Shown here: piece by piece, positions 27,630 through 40,886 of the stretch
Numbering within the stretch: position 1 is the stretch's first letter
How the letters are laid out: every line of letters starts with the position of its first letter
Assembly: GCA_964016885.1 (NCBI GenBank)
Contig: OZ024751.1
Location: 682,001 to 746,000, forward strand
Source: Eledone cirrhosa
Taxonomy: Eukaryota
Direction of reading: 5' to 3'
Length of the DNA stretch: 64,000 bases
Translations under genes and position numbers: made by a program
The notes under the pieces: model-generated
Databases searched by the model: none
The model's input: only the letters and a program-made list of their open reading frames with translations
Told to the model about the DNA's origin: nothing

Positions 27630-27958
27630 AAGAAAGACCCCCTTTCGGTCACGAATAACCATGGTTTTGCACCTAGAAAGTTTCCCTCTGAGGCACAAGC
27701 CTGGGCAGGGTTTGTTTATGGAAGACCAGTAGTCGCTCATGTATTCCAGTTTCCACTCTCTACAACACTGATGTTTTCAAGGGAAAGGCAATGGCTGGAA
27801 CAGCTTCGCATCAGTGACGTCACAGCTCGTTTTTACAGCTGAGTAAACTGGAGTAACATGAAATAAAGTGTTTTGCTCAAGGACACAACGCATCACCCGG
27901 TCCGAGAATCGAACAAACAACCTCTCAATTGCACGACCAACGCTCTAAGCGCCTTCAC
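27630..27958 (-). mobile_element. Diverged tRNA-derived SINE (CORE-like TCCTTGAGCAA domain)
   Basis: Head and centre homologous to 34479-34620; different 3' part. Confidence 0.65.
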
Positions 27959-28038
27959 ATGATGAAGAAATGCTGACGTAAAAATAAGCTCTGAATATGT
28001 CATGGAAAGAAAAAATAAGTAAAAAAATTATTGCTACA

Positions 28039-28229
28039 TAATTGTTTCTACTTTTGGCACAAAGCCAGCTATTACCCCAGTGTATTACTGGAACTTTGTT
28101 TTATCAACCCCCGTAAGGATGAAAGGCAAAGTTAACCTCGGTGGGATTTGAACTCAGAATGGCAAGGGCCATAACTCAATGCGTCAAAGTATGGCGTCTG
28201 ACCTTCTACTGATACTGCCAATCCACCGC
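28039..28229 (-). mobile_element. Nin/Deu-domain-like SINE
   Basis: Reverse complement of B-box GAGTTCAAATCC and GCCTTTCATCCTTACGGGG domain. Confidence 0.85.
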
Positions 28230-28640
28230 TACATAATGACAACAAATTTTAGTGGGTCAAGGGAGATAATTTATCATTTATCACAAAATTTCTCAATTTT
28301 TTTTTTTAGGATTATCCGCTCATTTTCACCAGCTTATATTTTATTAGCTTCTCTACTGTAAGTCGATAAAAATTATATATTAAAAATAAAATTTTAATAT
28401 TGAAAAAAAAAAAAAATTAATTTACTGAATAACTGAAGGTGGCATCTTTACCTGTAACTACCAATTAATTTGTATTCTTTGCTCCTTCAATACTTTGTAT
28501 CTTGCCTTCCAGAGCTCCTTTTGAGTCTCTCAGTAACCCATCCCCGTACCTGGTACATGGCAGTAGTGCCAACTTTAGAAATCATGGTTCTGGTGAGGCC
28601 AATTACATGAATGTTCACAAGCTTATTAAATCTGATACAA

Positions 28641-30207
28641 TATTTGATGTCTAGGTGTATGATATCTAGGTGTATTTGATATCTAGGTATATTTGATATC
28701 TAGGTGTATTTGATATCTAGGTATATTTGATATCTAGGTGTATGATATCTAGGTGTATTTGATATCTAGGTATATTTGATATCTAGGTATATTTGATATC
28801 TAGGTATATTTGATATCTAGGTGTATGATGTCTAGGTGTATTTGATATCTAGGTATATTTGATATCTAGGTATATTTGATATCTAGGTGTATGATGTCTA
28901 GGTGTATTTGATGTCTAGGTGTATTTGATGTCTAGGTGTATTTGATGTCTAGGTGTATTTGATATCTAGGTATATTTGATATCTAGATGTATTTGATATC
29001 TAGGTATATTTGATATCTAGGTATATTTGATATCTAGGTGTATTTGATATCTAGGTGTATTTGATATCTAGGTGTATTTGATATCTAGGTATATTTGATA
29101 TCTAGATGTATTTGATATCTAGGTGTATTTGATATCTAGGTGTATTTGATATCTAGGTATATTTGATATCTAGATGTATTTGATATCTAGGTGTATTTGA
29201 TATCTAGATGTATTTGATATCTAGGTGTATTTGATATCTAGGTGTATGATATCTAGGTGTATTTGATATCTAGGTATATTTGATATCTAGGTGTATTTGA
29301 TATCTAGGTATATTTGATATCTAGGTGTATTTGATATCTAGGTGTATTTGATATCTAGGTATATTTGATATCTAGGTGTATTTGATATCTAGGTGTATTT
29401 GATATCTAGATGTATTTGATATCTAGATGTATTTGATATCTAGATGTATTTGATATCTAGGTGTATTTGATGTCTAGATGTATTTGATATCTAGGTATAT
29501 TTGATATCTAGATGTATTTGATATCTAGCTGTATTTGATATCTAGGTGTATTTGATATCTAGATGTATTTGATATCTAGGTATATTTGATATCTAGGTGT
29601 ATTTGATATCTAGGTATATTTGATATCTAGATGTATTTGATATCTAGGTATATAATTGTTTAACCCATGCTAGCGTGGAAGATGGACGTTAAACGAAGAT
29701 GATGATGATAATTATTTCTACTTTTGGCACAAGGTCAGCAATTACCCCAGTACATTACTGGTGCCTTATTTTATCGACCCCGTAAGGATGAAAGACAAAG
29801 TTAACCTCGGCAGGATTTGAACTCAGACTATAAAGGGTCGTAACTCTATACTACAAAGCATGGCGTCCGACTCTCTATCGATACTGGCAGTCCACCGCCC
29901 ATATCTAGGTATATGATATCTAGGTATATGATATCTAGGTATATATGATATTTAGGTATATGATATTTAGGTATATGATATTTAGGTATATAATATCTAG
30001 GTATATAATATCTAGGTGTATGATATCTAGGTATATGATATCTAGGAGTATTTGATATCTAGATGTGTTTGATATCTAGGTGTATTTGATAACTAGGTGT
30101 ATTTGATAACTAGGTGTATGATATATAGGTATATGATATCTGTACATTTGAGGTCTAGATGTATTTGATATCAAGGTATATGATGTCTCGGTGTATTTGA
30201 TATTTAA
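28641..30207. repeat. 17-bp minisatellite GATATCTAGGT(G/A)TATTT with 15-bp variant, split by retroposon insertions at about 29655-29900
   Basis: Units read directly; the left block is mostly 17-mers, the right block has many 15-mers. Confidence 0.95.
29709..29900 (-). mobile_element. Nin/Deu-domain-like SINE inserted in the minisatellite, next to a short RTE-type tail (29664-29708, +)
   Basis: Matches the reverse complement of 50748-50938. Confidence 0.85.
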
Positions 30208-30462
30208 ATGTAACCTGTAATCATCACATTAATTACCAGATAAAATCCAATACAAGATCCCACCCAGAGAAATATGATTCATCTAATTTGTCTTATTCTC
30301 TAACTAACTCTCATTATTGAGTTGCTGTTTGGGACATAACTTAACAAAGGCTTTTCCATAAAATTATAATGGAAGGTTCTTTGATAAATATAAACACATT
30401 AAAGTAAACAGTTTTGTATCATAGAACTGGGGGCAGTTTCAAGTGGTTTCTTATCAAAATAG

Positions 30463-30661
30463 TTAACCCTTTAGCATTTAAACCAGCTGCATCCGGCCAG
30501 AATTCTTTCACTTCTTTCTGTTCAAACTGGCCAGAACTGGCCACTCATACTGATGTTAAGGTATTGTTATCAAAATCACAGATTCGATATTATGTGAGGT
30601 AAAGCCTTTACTGCAAAAATACAATAGTATATGTAGAGTAATATAAATGCTACAGGGTTAA
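30463..30661 (+). mobile_element. piggyBac-like MITE
   Basis: TTAA-CCCTTTAGCATTTA ... TAAATGCTACAGGG-TTAA. Confidence 0.8.
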
Positions 30662-31054
30662 AGTTGGGTTGCTGTTGTTTATCTCTCGACTAGTCCTCAT
30701 CAAACAGAAATATAATCAAAGGCTTTATCATCTTTGTTTTGTTTAATAGTTTATACAAATTTGGCTGGTGGGGATTGTTCATAAAATCTAGGTATGGATT
30801 CCATAACCTTTGGAAAATCATGTAAAAGTTCTGTGACAAAATAAGTTTAGTATCCTCCTGTGAGGTTGAATATCATAGGCTTCTCAGGTGTTTTCATAAT
30901 TAGAGCCTAAGCTTAATTCTTTTGTTACATTTCACACTTCTCCAGGTTTAGCTCGCTTCCTATCAGGTTGAATATCATAGGAGGATTCTCATGTGATTTA
31001 ATGATAGGAGCCCCAGTCACATTATATATATATATCATTATATATATATATATA

Positions 31055-31204
31055 TATAGAAATAAAAGGAAAGCACAAACAAGGGATAGTCTCCTCTTCA
31101 GTTGTCTGCTGGGGGCCTTGGACATTTCAATGCATTGAGACCCCCAGCAGACAACTGAAGAGGAGACCTGTCCTTTGTTTGTGCTTTCCTTTTATTTCTC
31201 TATA
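31055..31204. repeat. Inverted repeat with ~60-bp arms between TA microsatellites
   Basis: gaaataaaaggaaagcacaaac..tctcctcttcagttgtctgctggggg versus its reverse complement. Confidence 0.85.
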
Positions 31205-31341
31205 TATATCATCATCATCTCATCATCATCTTCGTTTAACATCCATATATATATATATATATATATACACACATGCATACACCATCATCATCGTTTAACA
31301 TCCATTTTCCACACTAGCATGGGTTAGACACATACATATAT

Positions 31342-31398
<57 letters not shown>

Positions 31399-31437
31399 GG
31401 AGGGAGAGAGAGAGAGAGAGAGAGACACACACACAAA

Positions 31438-31484
<47 letters not shown>

Positions 31485-31520
31485 ATATATATTTATATAT
31501 TTAAAAATTATTTATATTAA

Positions 31521-34330
31521 AAATTAAGCTTAGATTAGTTGAGGCAAGAGACTACTGACAATCATCTCTGCCTATGCTACTCAAGCAGGCCTAGGTAAAG
31601 AAGAGAAAGACTGCTTTTATGAGCAACTTTTACAAACAACCACAATGACAGAGGACGGAGATATTGTTATGCTAGCAGGGGACTTCAATGGTCATGTTGG
31701 ACAGCTACAGGATGGTTACACTGCGGTACATGGTGGGCACGGTTACGGCTCAAGAAATGAAGAAGGAGTGAGACTTCTTGAATGTTGTGATGCAAGTACA
31801 CTGACTATTTGCAACACTAACTTCCAGAAACCTGCCAACCATCTAATAACCTACAAATCAGGCGAGCACATAAGCCAGATTGATTTATTACTAGTTAGGC
31901 AGCGGGACAGGCAGATGGTGTCAAATACCAAGGCATACCCTGGGGAAGAATGTACTCCACAGCATAGGTTAGCCGTTAGTGATATCTCAGTAAGCAAGAG
32001 ATGGAATGAGACATATAGGAAGGTGTGGAGAAGAAAGGTCTGGAAGCTAAAAGACCTTTCACTAAAATACAAATTTAGGAAAGCCCTTCAAGATGTGTAT
32101 GACGAAAAAAAGACAATTTACAGATGTATGACATAGATAATAACTGGAATTTCTTATGTGACCACTTACTGCAGGCTACTGATGAAACTTGTGGCTGGAG
32201 CAGAGCTCCAACCAGACAGAGAGTGACCTGGTGGTGGAACAGCACAGTAGATAAGGCCATTAGAGACAAAAGACTAGCATGGAAGGCTTGGAAAAAGGGT
32301 GGGAGTAGAGAAGGATATACAGCCGCTAAGAGAGAAGCTAGACGTCAGGTGTATTTAGCACGTAGGGAGGCTGAGAGTAGGAGGTTTACCATGTTCTGTG
32401 ATGGGAAGATCAGAGTTGTGCGGTGATCCACATTGCAAGGCAATGTGTCAATGCAAATCAGGATGTTGTTGGAGATAAATGTGTCCGGAATGATGCTGGT
32501 GTACTTAGTGTCATGAATGATCAGAAAAAGGAGGCCTGGAAATGTCATTATGAGAGACTGATGAATGTGGAGAACGAATGGGAGAGAGAGAAATTACCCT
32601 CAGTAGATCCGACAGAGGGACCAGCTATTGAGATTGACAAATATAGGGTCAAGAGGTGATTAAGGAAATGAAAAATGGTAAGGTTGCTGGAACGTCGGGG
32701 ATAGTTGCTGAGATGCTGAAGGCATCAGGGGACGTAGGCACTAAACTGGTTGCACGCATCATCAATCAGGCTATATATGGTGGTGTCATACCCAAAGACT
32801 GGTGCAGCAGTATTCTCATAACATGCTACAAAGGTAAAGGGGATGCTCTGGAGAGGAGCAATTATAGGAGTATAAAAGTGATGGATCAGGTTATGAAAGT
32901 GGCAGAAAGGATATTAGCACAACTAATTAGAGAAAAGGTCAAACTAGATGAGATGCAGTTTGGTTGTGGGCCTGGGAAAAGTACAACAGATGCCCTCTTC
33001 TTGGTGAGACAATTACAAGAGAGGATCTTAGAAAGAATAAGCCACTATACTTAGCCTTTGTTGACCTAGAGAAGGCCTTTGATAGGGTACCCCAATCTGT
33101 CATCTGGTGGTCTCTAAGGAAACTAGGTGTTGAGGAATGGCTTGTGAGGACAGTGCAAACTTTGTACAGAGGTGCTGTTACTAAAGTTAGGGTAGGAATG
33201 GAGTTTAGTGAGGAATTCCAGATACAAGTAGGAGTACATCAGGGTTCGGTCCTCAGCCTGCTCTTGTTCATTATAGTCCTCCAAGCCATAACAGAGGAGT
33301 TTAAGACTGGCTGTCCATGGGAACTTCTCTATGCTGACGATCTGGTTCTTAAAGCAGAATCAGTAGAGGAGCTAGAGAATAAATTCTGGCTATGGAAACA
33401 GCAGTTGGAAGCAAGAGGACTGAGAGTGAACCTAACTAAGACAAAAGTGTTGATGAGTAGAAAAGAGGACAAAACTCTGATTTCGTCAAGGAAATGGCCA
33501 TGTTTGATATGCAGAAAAGGAACTGGCATAAATTCTATAAAATGCACACAATGCAGATCCTGGGTACACAAGAGATTTAGTGGGATAGCAAGCAAACTAA
33601 CAGGTAGGGAGAAATACATATGCAGTAGATGTACAGGGAAATTAGACAGTAGAAATCGCATTGATAGACATTTTTCAAATGCAGGCGGGTGCTATAGAAG
33701 TGGTGGATAGCTTCCGGTACCTAGGAGATCAGATTAGCATGGGGGGGGGGTTGTTCCGAGGCCATAGTATCTAGAATAAGGACGGGTTGGAAGAAGTTTA
33801 GGGAGCTGCTTCTGCTGATGAAGAAGGGTTTCTCCCTGCATACAAAAGGCCGGTTATATGATGCCTGTGTGAGGAGCGCAATGCTGCATGGTAGTGAGAC
33901 ATGGGCAGCAACTGCAGAGGATATGCGACGGCTGGAGAGGAATGAGGCAAGCATGCTCCATTGGATGTGCAATGTCAATGTGCGTGAACGACCCAACATG
34001 AATGTGTTGAGAGAGAAACTGTGTCTGAGAGGGATAGAATGTAGTGTGCGAGAGAGCAGACTGAGGTGGTATGGACATGTCATGCGCATGGAGGATGACT
34101 GATGAGTGAAGAAGTGCCAGGAAATGCCAGTTGAAGGAAGACGTGGTAGAGGTAGACCATGAAAAACATGGGCTGAGGTGGTGAGAACAGACCTCAGATG
34201 ACTGAAGCTCATGGTGGAGATGACGAAGGACCATGACAAGTTGAGAGATGCTGTGCTGAATAACACCCGTCTCACCCTTGCAAGCAGGGAAAAGCGGACG
34301 TAAAATGATGATGATGATGATGATGATGAT
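31521..34330 (+). mobile_element. RTE LINE family B, 5'-truncated and frameshifted (APE, RT, PHD-like finger)
   Basis: AGDFNGH, QHRL, FVDLEKAFDRV, QGSVLS and LYADD motifs; short 3' end cccttgcaagcagggaaaagcggacgtaaa(atg)n. Confidence 0.95.
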
Positions 34331-34377
34331 TTATATATATGTATATATTTATATATATGTATATATTTATATATATT

Positions 34378-34408
<31 letters not shown>

Positions 34409-34414
34409 ATTTAT

Positions 34415-34461
<47 letters not shown>

Positions 34462-34478
34462 AATATATATATATCTAT

Positions 34479-34810
34479 GGAGGCACATGGCTTAGTGGTT
34501 AGAGTATTGGCCTTGCAATCGAAAGGTTGTGAGTTCAATTCTCAGACTGGGTGATGTGTTGTTTCCTTGAGCAAGACACTTTATTTCACATTGCTCCAGT
34601 TTACTCAGCTGTAGAAATGCGATGATAGGGACTGGGGTCCCTATCATTCCACTGCAAAGTGGTCGTGGAGGTGCCACGGCAAAAAAGCACCCAGCACTCA
34701 CTGTAAATGAGGTTGGTGTTAGGAAGGGCATCCAGCTGTAGAAATCAAGCCAAAATCAGTTCCCATCCCACCCTTGCAAGCAGGGAAAAAGCGGACGTAA
34801 AATGAAATGA
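34479..34810 (+). mobile_element. tRNA-derived SINE with CORE-like domain, AGGAAGGGCATCC domain and RTE-B tail
   Basis: A box TGGCTTAGTGG, B box GAGTTCAATTC; 3' end nearly identical to the RTE-B end at 34274-34310. Confidence 0.9.
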
Positions 34811-34829
34811 ATATAAATATATATATATA

Positions 34830-34883
<54 letters not shown>

Positions 34884-34886
<3 letters not shown>

Positions 34887-34930
34887 TCCGATGACTCCAA
34901 ACGAAAGTATGGAAGAAACAGTTGTCAGCA
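34884..34930 (+). ncRNA. Minimal type I hammerhead with variant core CCGATGA
   Basis: TGCT CCGATGA C TCCAAAC GAAA GTATGGA A GAAA CAGTTG TC AGCA. Confidence 0.7.
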
Positions 34931-35120
34931 ATTAAATGATTTGAACTTAACTTTGATATTTGTGTAATTTATATTCCTTCACTGTAAAACACCTGATTTT
35001 CCTACATTGAGCTATTTCCCTTATTGGTGATAAGGTAGTAATAAATTACTGACCTTTCCTGTTTATAGTATATACATAACTATAAATAATATCATTATTA
35101 TTATTATTATTATATATATA

Positions 35121-35310
35121 AGGGTGGTGGATTGGCAGTATCGGTAGAGGGTCGGATGCCATGCTTTCCAGCATAGTTACGTCCCGTTACGATCTGAGTT
35201 CAAATCCCGCCGAGGTTGACTTTGCCTTTCATCCTTACGGGGTCGATAAAATAAAGTACCAGTAATGCACTGGGTAATTTGCTGGCCTTGTGCCTAAAGT
35301 AGAAACAATT
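35121..35310 (+). mobile_element. Nin/Deu-domain-like SINE
   Basis: ggattggcagtatcggtag head, B box GAGTTCAAATCC, GCCTTTCATCCTTACGGGGTCGATAAAATAAAGTACCAG. Confidence 0.9.
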
Positions 35311-35330
35311 ATTATTATTATATATATATA

Positions 35331-35980
35331 CACATCGACCCAATAGAGGGACCAGCAGTGTTAGTCGAAGGTAGTATAGTAAGTAAGGCAATCAAAGATA
35401 TGAAGACGGGTAAGGCAGCTGGGCTTTCGGAAATAGTTGCTGAAATGCTGAAAGCTTCTGGAACGGTGGGGCACACCATGGTCACCCGGATAGTAAACCA
35501 AGTCATACAGAATGGAGTTGTTCCGAAGGACTGGCGTAGCAGCATCATCATTAACTGCTACAAGGGTAAAGGAGATGCCCTAGATAGGAGTAACTTGCCT
35601 AAGTACAAAGCGAAACCTACAGTCAGTAGGCACCTCTTAACAAATATACATGCCCGTCCCACTACCCCCACCCCATCCACACCACCCCTTTCGATGTAAA
35701 GTTATGTTCGTACCAAAACATCCAGTCCGAATTAAATGAGGTCGTGTAGGTGTCACGACAAAAAAACACAGTCCACGCTGTAATGTGGCCGTGTAGGTAA
35801 CACGGTAACAACCTCCCAGTCCACACTGTAAACGTGGTTGGTGTTAGGAAGGGCATCCAGCCGTAGAAAACCCGCCATGCAATCCTATACGAGCAAGACA
35901 ACCAATTTTGCCTCAAGTGGGAAAATTCCCGTCCAAACCCATGCAAGCATGGAAGATGGACGTTAAACGATGATGATGAT
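35331..35980 (+). mobile_element. Internally deleted RTE family A copy
   Basis: The pre-RT segment (CYKGKGDALDR) is fused at about 35594 directly to the ORF stop and 3' UTR. Confidence 0.9.
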
Positions 35981-36044
35981 ATATTATTTAGGTTAGTTAG
36001 TTCACCACTGGATAGAACTGGTCATTCCATATGGTCAATCTTGA

Positions 36045-38420
36045 TGTAATATTATGGAGAGTACTCAACGTAATGCAACTCACCCGTCTTCGTTTGTGTA
36101 GTTGGTGGTGCGAGTACGGAGTTAATTATTATAAAATAACAGGAGGCTGGACTGGTATAAATCCTTGAAATGTTTATTATACCATGATGACTTCACTGAC
36201 CGGGTTCTGTATGAATCCGGTGATATCATCAGGTATTCGAAATATATACAAAGGAATATAACAGATAAAATCCATGGGGCTGAAAATCAGAGACAAGAGG
36301 ACGACCGACTATTTAGCAGCTTCTACCTCGAGTGTTGATTATTAAGTCTACTTATGACCATCTGGTGAGGGGGCGTAAGCTTATAATGTGCTACTACCTC
36401 CCCGTCAAAGAGAAAAGGTCATGCCACAATCAGGCTGACAGGGTGTAAATGCATTAATTATTCATAGTTCAAAATAAATAATAATTAAGAAATTTAGAAG
36501 TTAACTAAAAATTATGTATAGAAAGATACAGGGTGGTATATATGGATATATATTAGGTATTAGTGATACAGTATACTTTAGGTAAATGATAACCGTTATA
36601 ATTTTATTTAATAAATTTTGGCGTGTTACAGTGAAATACATATATGTATATAAGAAAAACAATAATAAATGCATGGATAATTCAGAGTTCAAAATAAGGT
36701 CTATAATAATTTATAGTTTGTATATTTGCTCTATATTTGAATCATGGATATAAAAATGCAGTAGGTATATTTAAAAACGTAGAAAATATAATTACATACA
36801 TATTATAAATAAGAGATCAAAAACGCATGAGAGATTCAGAGTTAGAAATAAGTTCCGTAAAAATGTATGAGTTGGATATTAAACAAAAATTTAAAACTTA
36901 GGAAGATAAAGATAGAGAAATAAAGAAATAATGGTATGGATCAAAGTTAATAATATTATGTTATGTATATCAATGTTCCGGCATGTTATTGAACAAGTGT
37001 CTTTCATTCGAGCGTTATTTCTTCTATAGATAGTTATAAGATAATGCAATATTAAAGGCCATTAATGTTTTTCGTCTGACAACCAAGTTTTTAATGGTTT
37101 AGTGTTTCTCTCTCTTTTTCTCTCGTTTTGTGGGAGGCTAAAAATGTGGACGTAGTTTTATGGAGGCAACTAGAGAATAATTCACTTTTTTTGTTAATTA
37201 GGGTCTCATAGTTATTAATAATCAACAGGGTCCCCATTGTACAGAGCACGAAGTTATTTGATATACTAGAGTTGCGGTAAACTCCACAGTTCTGAAGTTT
37301 TGTCCAAAGAATGGAGTATTTTAAATTCCTCTCCAGATGACTGATTTAGTTCTAGTTCTTATCCTCGATTTATTTGGCGTATGGGTGTTTGAATTATAAT
37401 TATTAGAGTTTCTCTTATATATGTTATTATTTTTATTAAGATTAATACTTGGATTATTATTATCTACATATTCTATATTATTCATATATCCTGCTCTTTT
37501 TAATGCGTTTATTAATTCGTTTTTGCACACTATTTACTATAGCTTTTTTTTACAGATTTAGGGTGATTGGAATGTTTACTAATATAGTTTCAGTTTTCAT
37601 TGGGCTTATGAAAAAGGTAATAGAAGCCAGTGTTTAAGTTAAAGGTAACGTCTAGGAAATTAACTATTTTGGTACCATTTTCTACTTCTAACTTAAGGTT
37701 GTACATTTTAAAGAATTCTATTATACTTTTCTTTACTCTAGTTAGTTCTATATTGTTGTGTTTGACCACGGTAAATAAAATGTCGTCCCTATATAAACCA
37801 CCGGTAATCTCTGGCAGTTTTCTATTTATCATATTTAATATGAAAATTCCCAGAAGATCTATGATTTGCGCGGAATCTGATGCCCCCATAGTGATATCAA
37901 AGTTTTTATCTCTATCTGAGCGGGTCCAATATTCGTTGTGTGAAGTTAATAAGAATTCTTCTGGCTGTTAGTATTATATCGATTTCATCCGTGGTTATAT
38001 CAGTATGCTTATAAGCATATGAAAGAGCCTTATTTAGAAGGTTAGGTGTTATGGAAGAATAGTAGCTAGTAATGTCCATCTGGATGAATTTATGGTTTTT
38101 CTTTTCTTATCTTCTATAGAAGATAAGAAAAGAAAAACCATAAATTCGTGTACCATTCTATGACTTCGTGTGTATCTTTCCACAAGCACAAATTAGATCT
38201 CAATTTAAGAGTGGGTAATATTCTATCTATGATGTTTTTACTGATTACTCCAATATCCGATTTCGATGGAGCAATCAGTCTAACTGGCATCTCTTCCTCA
38301 AAGTTTCTTTTGTGATCAAAAGAATTTTATTAATATTTGTATTTTAATATTAATAACTCTGGAAAATTATTTGCCGTAGAGTGGTTCCAATCTACTGTAA
38401 AACTCATTCTTTGATATACT
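36045..38420 (-). mobile_element. Degenerate Penelope-like retroelement (RT plus 3' region)
   Basis: FIQMDITSYYSSI, MGASDSAQIIDLLG, GLYRDD and VNFLDVTFNL motifs typical of PLE RT; hammerhead-like remnant at the distal end. Confidence 0.85.
36179..36236 (-). ncRNA. Degenerate hammerhead-like motif at the end of the Penelope-like element
   Basis: ATAC CTGATGA..CCGG..CCGG..GAAG TCATCATG GTAT then AATAAAC; GAAG instead of GAAA. Confidence 0.35.
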
Positions 38421-38455
38421 CATTGAATCTTGTTTAACTCTTTAATATATATATT

Positions 38456-38494
<39 letters not shown>

Positions 38495-38533
38495 ATTTAT
38501 ATATATATATATATACATATATTTATATATATT

Positions 38534-38568
<35 letters not shown>

Positions 38569-38575
38569 ATATATA

Positions 38576-38606
<31 letters not shown>

Positions 38607-38649
38607 TTATTTATATATATATATATATTTATTTATATATATATATATA

Positions 38650-38680
<31 letters not shown>

Positions 38681-38719
38681 TTATTTTTATATATATATAT
38701 ATATTTATTTATATATATA

Positions 38720-38752
<33 letters not shown>

Positions 38753-38783
38753 TTATTTATTTATATATATAAATAAATATATT

Positions 38784-38813
<30 letters not shown>

Positions 38814-38817
<4 letters not shown>

Positions 38818-39220
38818 GTTATATTTGGGGAGGGTCATATTTGCGTAATATTGCCAGAATTAATAACAGAACACACTCACTGTTTGGTTGGTTTTCGCTT
38901 CTCGCTGTCTTTTATATATATATATCTGCGATCTAACTTACTCGGTCCTCAATGTTGCCATTGACTGACCGGCGGTCAAAAATAATACAGATACAATATA
39001 GACAAACACATATATATATAGTTTACATAATTTACATAAATCTTTCGTTGCACATCTGCAACATCGTCAGTGGTGTTATATTCATTGTTCCTCCTGTTGT
39101 GTTGTATGTCTACGCCATTTTTTTTTGTTCAGTATGACCCTCAAATATGACCCTCCCCAAATATAACAATATCTGTTTCGACACACGATTTCATATAAAA
39201 AACCTCGCAAAACTATATTT
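38814..39220. mobile_element. MITE-like element with 31-bp inverted repeat
   Basis: atattgttatatttggggagggtcatatttg versus caaatatgaccctccccaaatataacaatat (39141-39171). Confidence 0.65.
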
Positions 39221-39275
39221 ATATATATATTTATATATATATATATTTATATATATATATATTTATATATATACA

Positions 39276-39697
39276 TCATTTCATTTTACGTCCGCTTTTT
39301 CCCTGCTTGCAAGGGTGGGACGGGAACTGATTCTGGCTTGATTTCTACAGCTGGATGCCCTTCCTAACACCAACCTCATTTACAGTGAGTGCTGGATGCT
39401 CTTTTGCCGTGGCACCTCCACGACCACTTTGCAGTGGAATGATAGGGACCCCAGTCCCTAACATCTCATTTCTACAGCTGAGTAAACTGGAGCAATGTGA
39501 AATAAAGTGTCTTGCTCAAGGAAACAACACATCACCCGGTCTGAGAATTGAACTCACAACCTTTCGATTGCAAGGCCAATGCTCTAACCACTAAGCCATG
39601 TGCCTCCAACCACTAAGCCATGTGCCTCCAAACCACTAAGCCATGTGCCTCCAAACCACTAAGCCATGTGCCTCCAACCACTAAGCCATGTGCCTCC
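39276..39697 (-). mobile_element. tRNA-derived SINE (RTE-B tail) with its 5' 23-24 bp tandemly repeated five times
   Basis: Reverse complement of 34479-34810; aaccactaagccatgtgcctcc repeats at 39586-39697. Confidence 0.9.
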
Positions 39698-40342
39698 ATA
39701 CACACACACATATACACATATATATGTGTATATATATACACATACACAAACATATACACATACATACATACCCACATAAATATCAACATATCCATACATA
39801 CACATACATATATACAACCACACACATATATATACACATATATATATAGAAATATGAATATATATATATATGCATACACATTCACATACATAACCATACA
39901 CACATACATATACATACATACATACACATAATCATACGTATATACACACGTACATACAAACACATACATACACACATATATACATGCATACATATGCATG
40001 CACAATATTAGAAAAATATACACACACCTCTACATATTCACACACACAAATAAATATAAGAAAAAATATATCTAAAAAAATAATAAAGACAAAAGTTGAC
40101 AGCGATACAGTCAACAAATAAATGAAAAAACACACGTGGTAAGCAATACACACAAATGCACGTACACATACATACGTAAAAATAAATACATACACACACT
40201 CTCACACATAAATATACATATACATACATACACACTCTCACACATAAATATACATATACATACATACGCATACACAAATACATACACACACACACACATA
40301 CACATATACACACACATATACATACACATATATATATATACA

Positions 40343-40406
<64 letters not shown>

Positions 40407-40423
40407 CATATATATCATCATTC

Positions 40424-40756
40424 ATCATTTCATTTTATGTCCGCTTTTCCCTGCTTGCAAGGGTGGGACGGGAACTGATTCTGGCTTGATTTCTACAGCT
40501 GGATGCCCTTCCTAACACCAACCTCATTTACAGTGAGTGCTGGGGGCTTTTTTGCCGTGGCACCTCCACGACCACTTTGTAGTGGAATGATATGGACCCC
40601 AGTCCCTATCATCTCATTTCTACAGCTGAATAAACTGGAGCAATGTGAAATAAAGTGTCTTGCTCAAGGAAACAACACATCACCCGGTCTGAGAATTGAA
40701 CTTACAACCTTTCGATTGCAAGCCCAATGCTCTAACCACTAAGCCATGTGCCTCCA
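40424..40756 (-). mobile_element. tRNA-derived SINE (RTE-B tail)
   Basis: Reverse complement of 34479-34810. Confidence 0.9.
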
Positions 40757-40766
40757 TATATATATA

Positions 40767-40802
<36 letters not shown>

Positions 40803-40828
40803 TGAAATAAATAACATAAGGCAATTAT

Positions 40829-40886
40829 TCCATTTACAAGTGGTTTCTTAAAAGCAAAAAATTTTGCTTTCAATCATCAGAATGAA
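40829..40886 (-). ncRNA. Minimal type I hammerhead ribozyme
   Basis: TTCATT CTGATGA TTGAAAGCAAAA TT TTTTGCTTTTAA GAAA CCACTTG TA AATGGA. Confidence 0.75.

Noticed and set aside
31150-31170. CTGAAGA within the 31-kb palindrome
   Set aside because: No stem II-GAAA follows.
34479-34550. tRNA gene
   Set aside because: A and B boxes are present but continue into a SINE body repeated several times in the window.
39045-39075. Minus-strand CTGACGA-hairpin-GAAA
   Set aside because: The core and stem II resemble a hammerhead, but I found no stem I/III partner or NUH site.
39101-39113. 13-mer GTTGTATGTCTAC identical to part of the satellite unit
   Set aside because: Too short to exclude chance; no flanking similarity.
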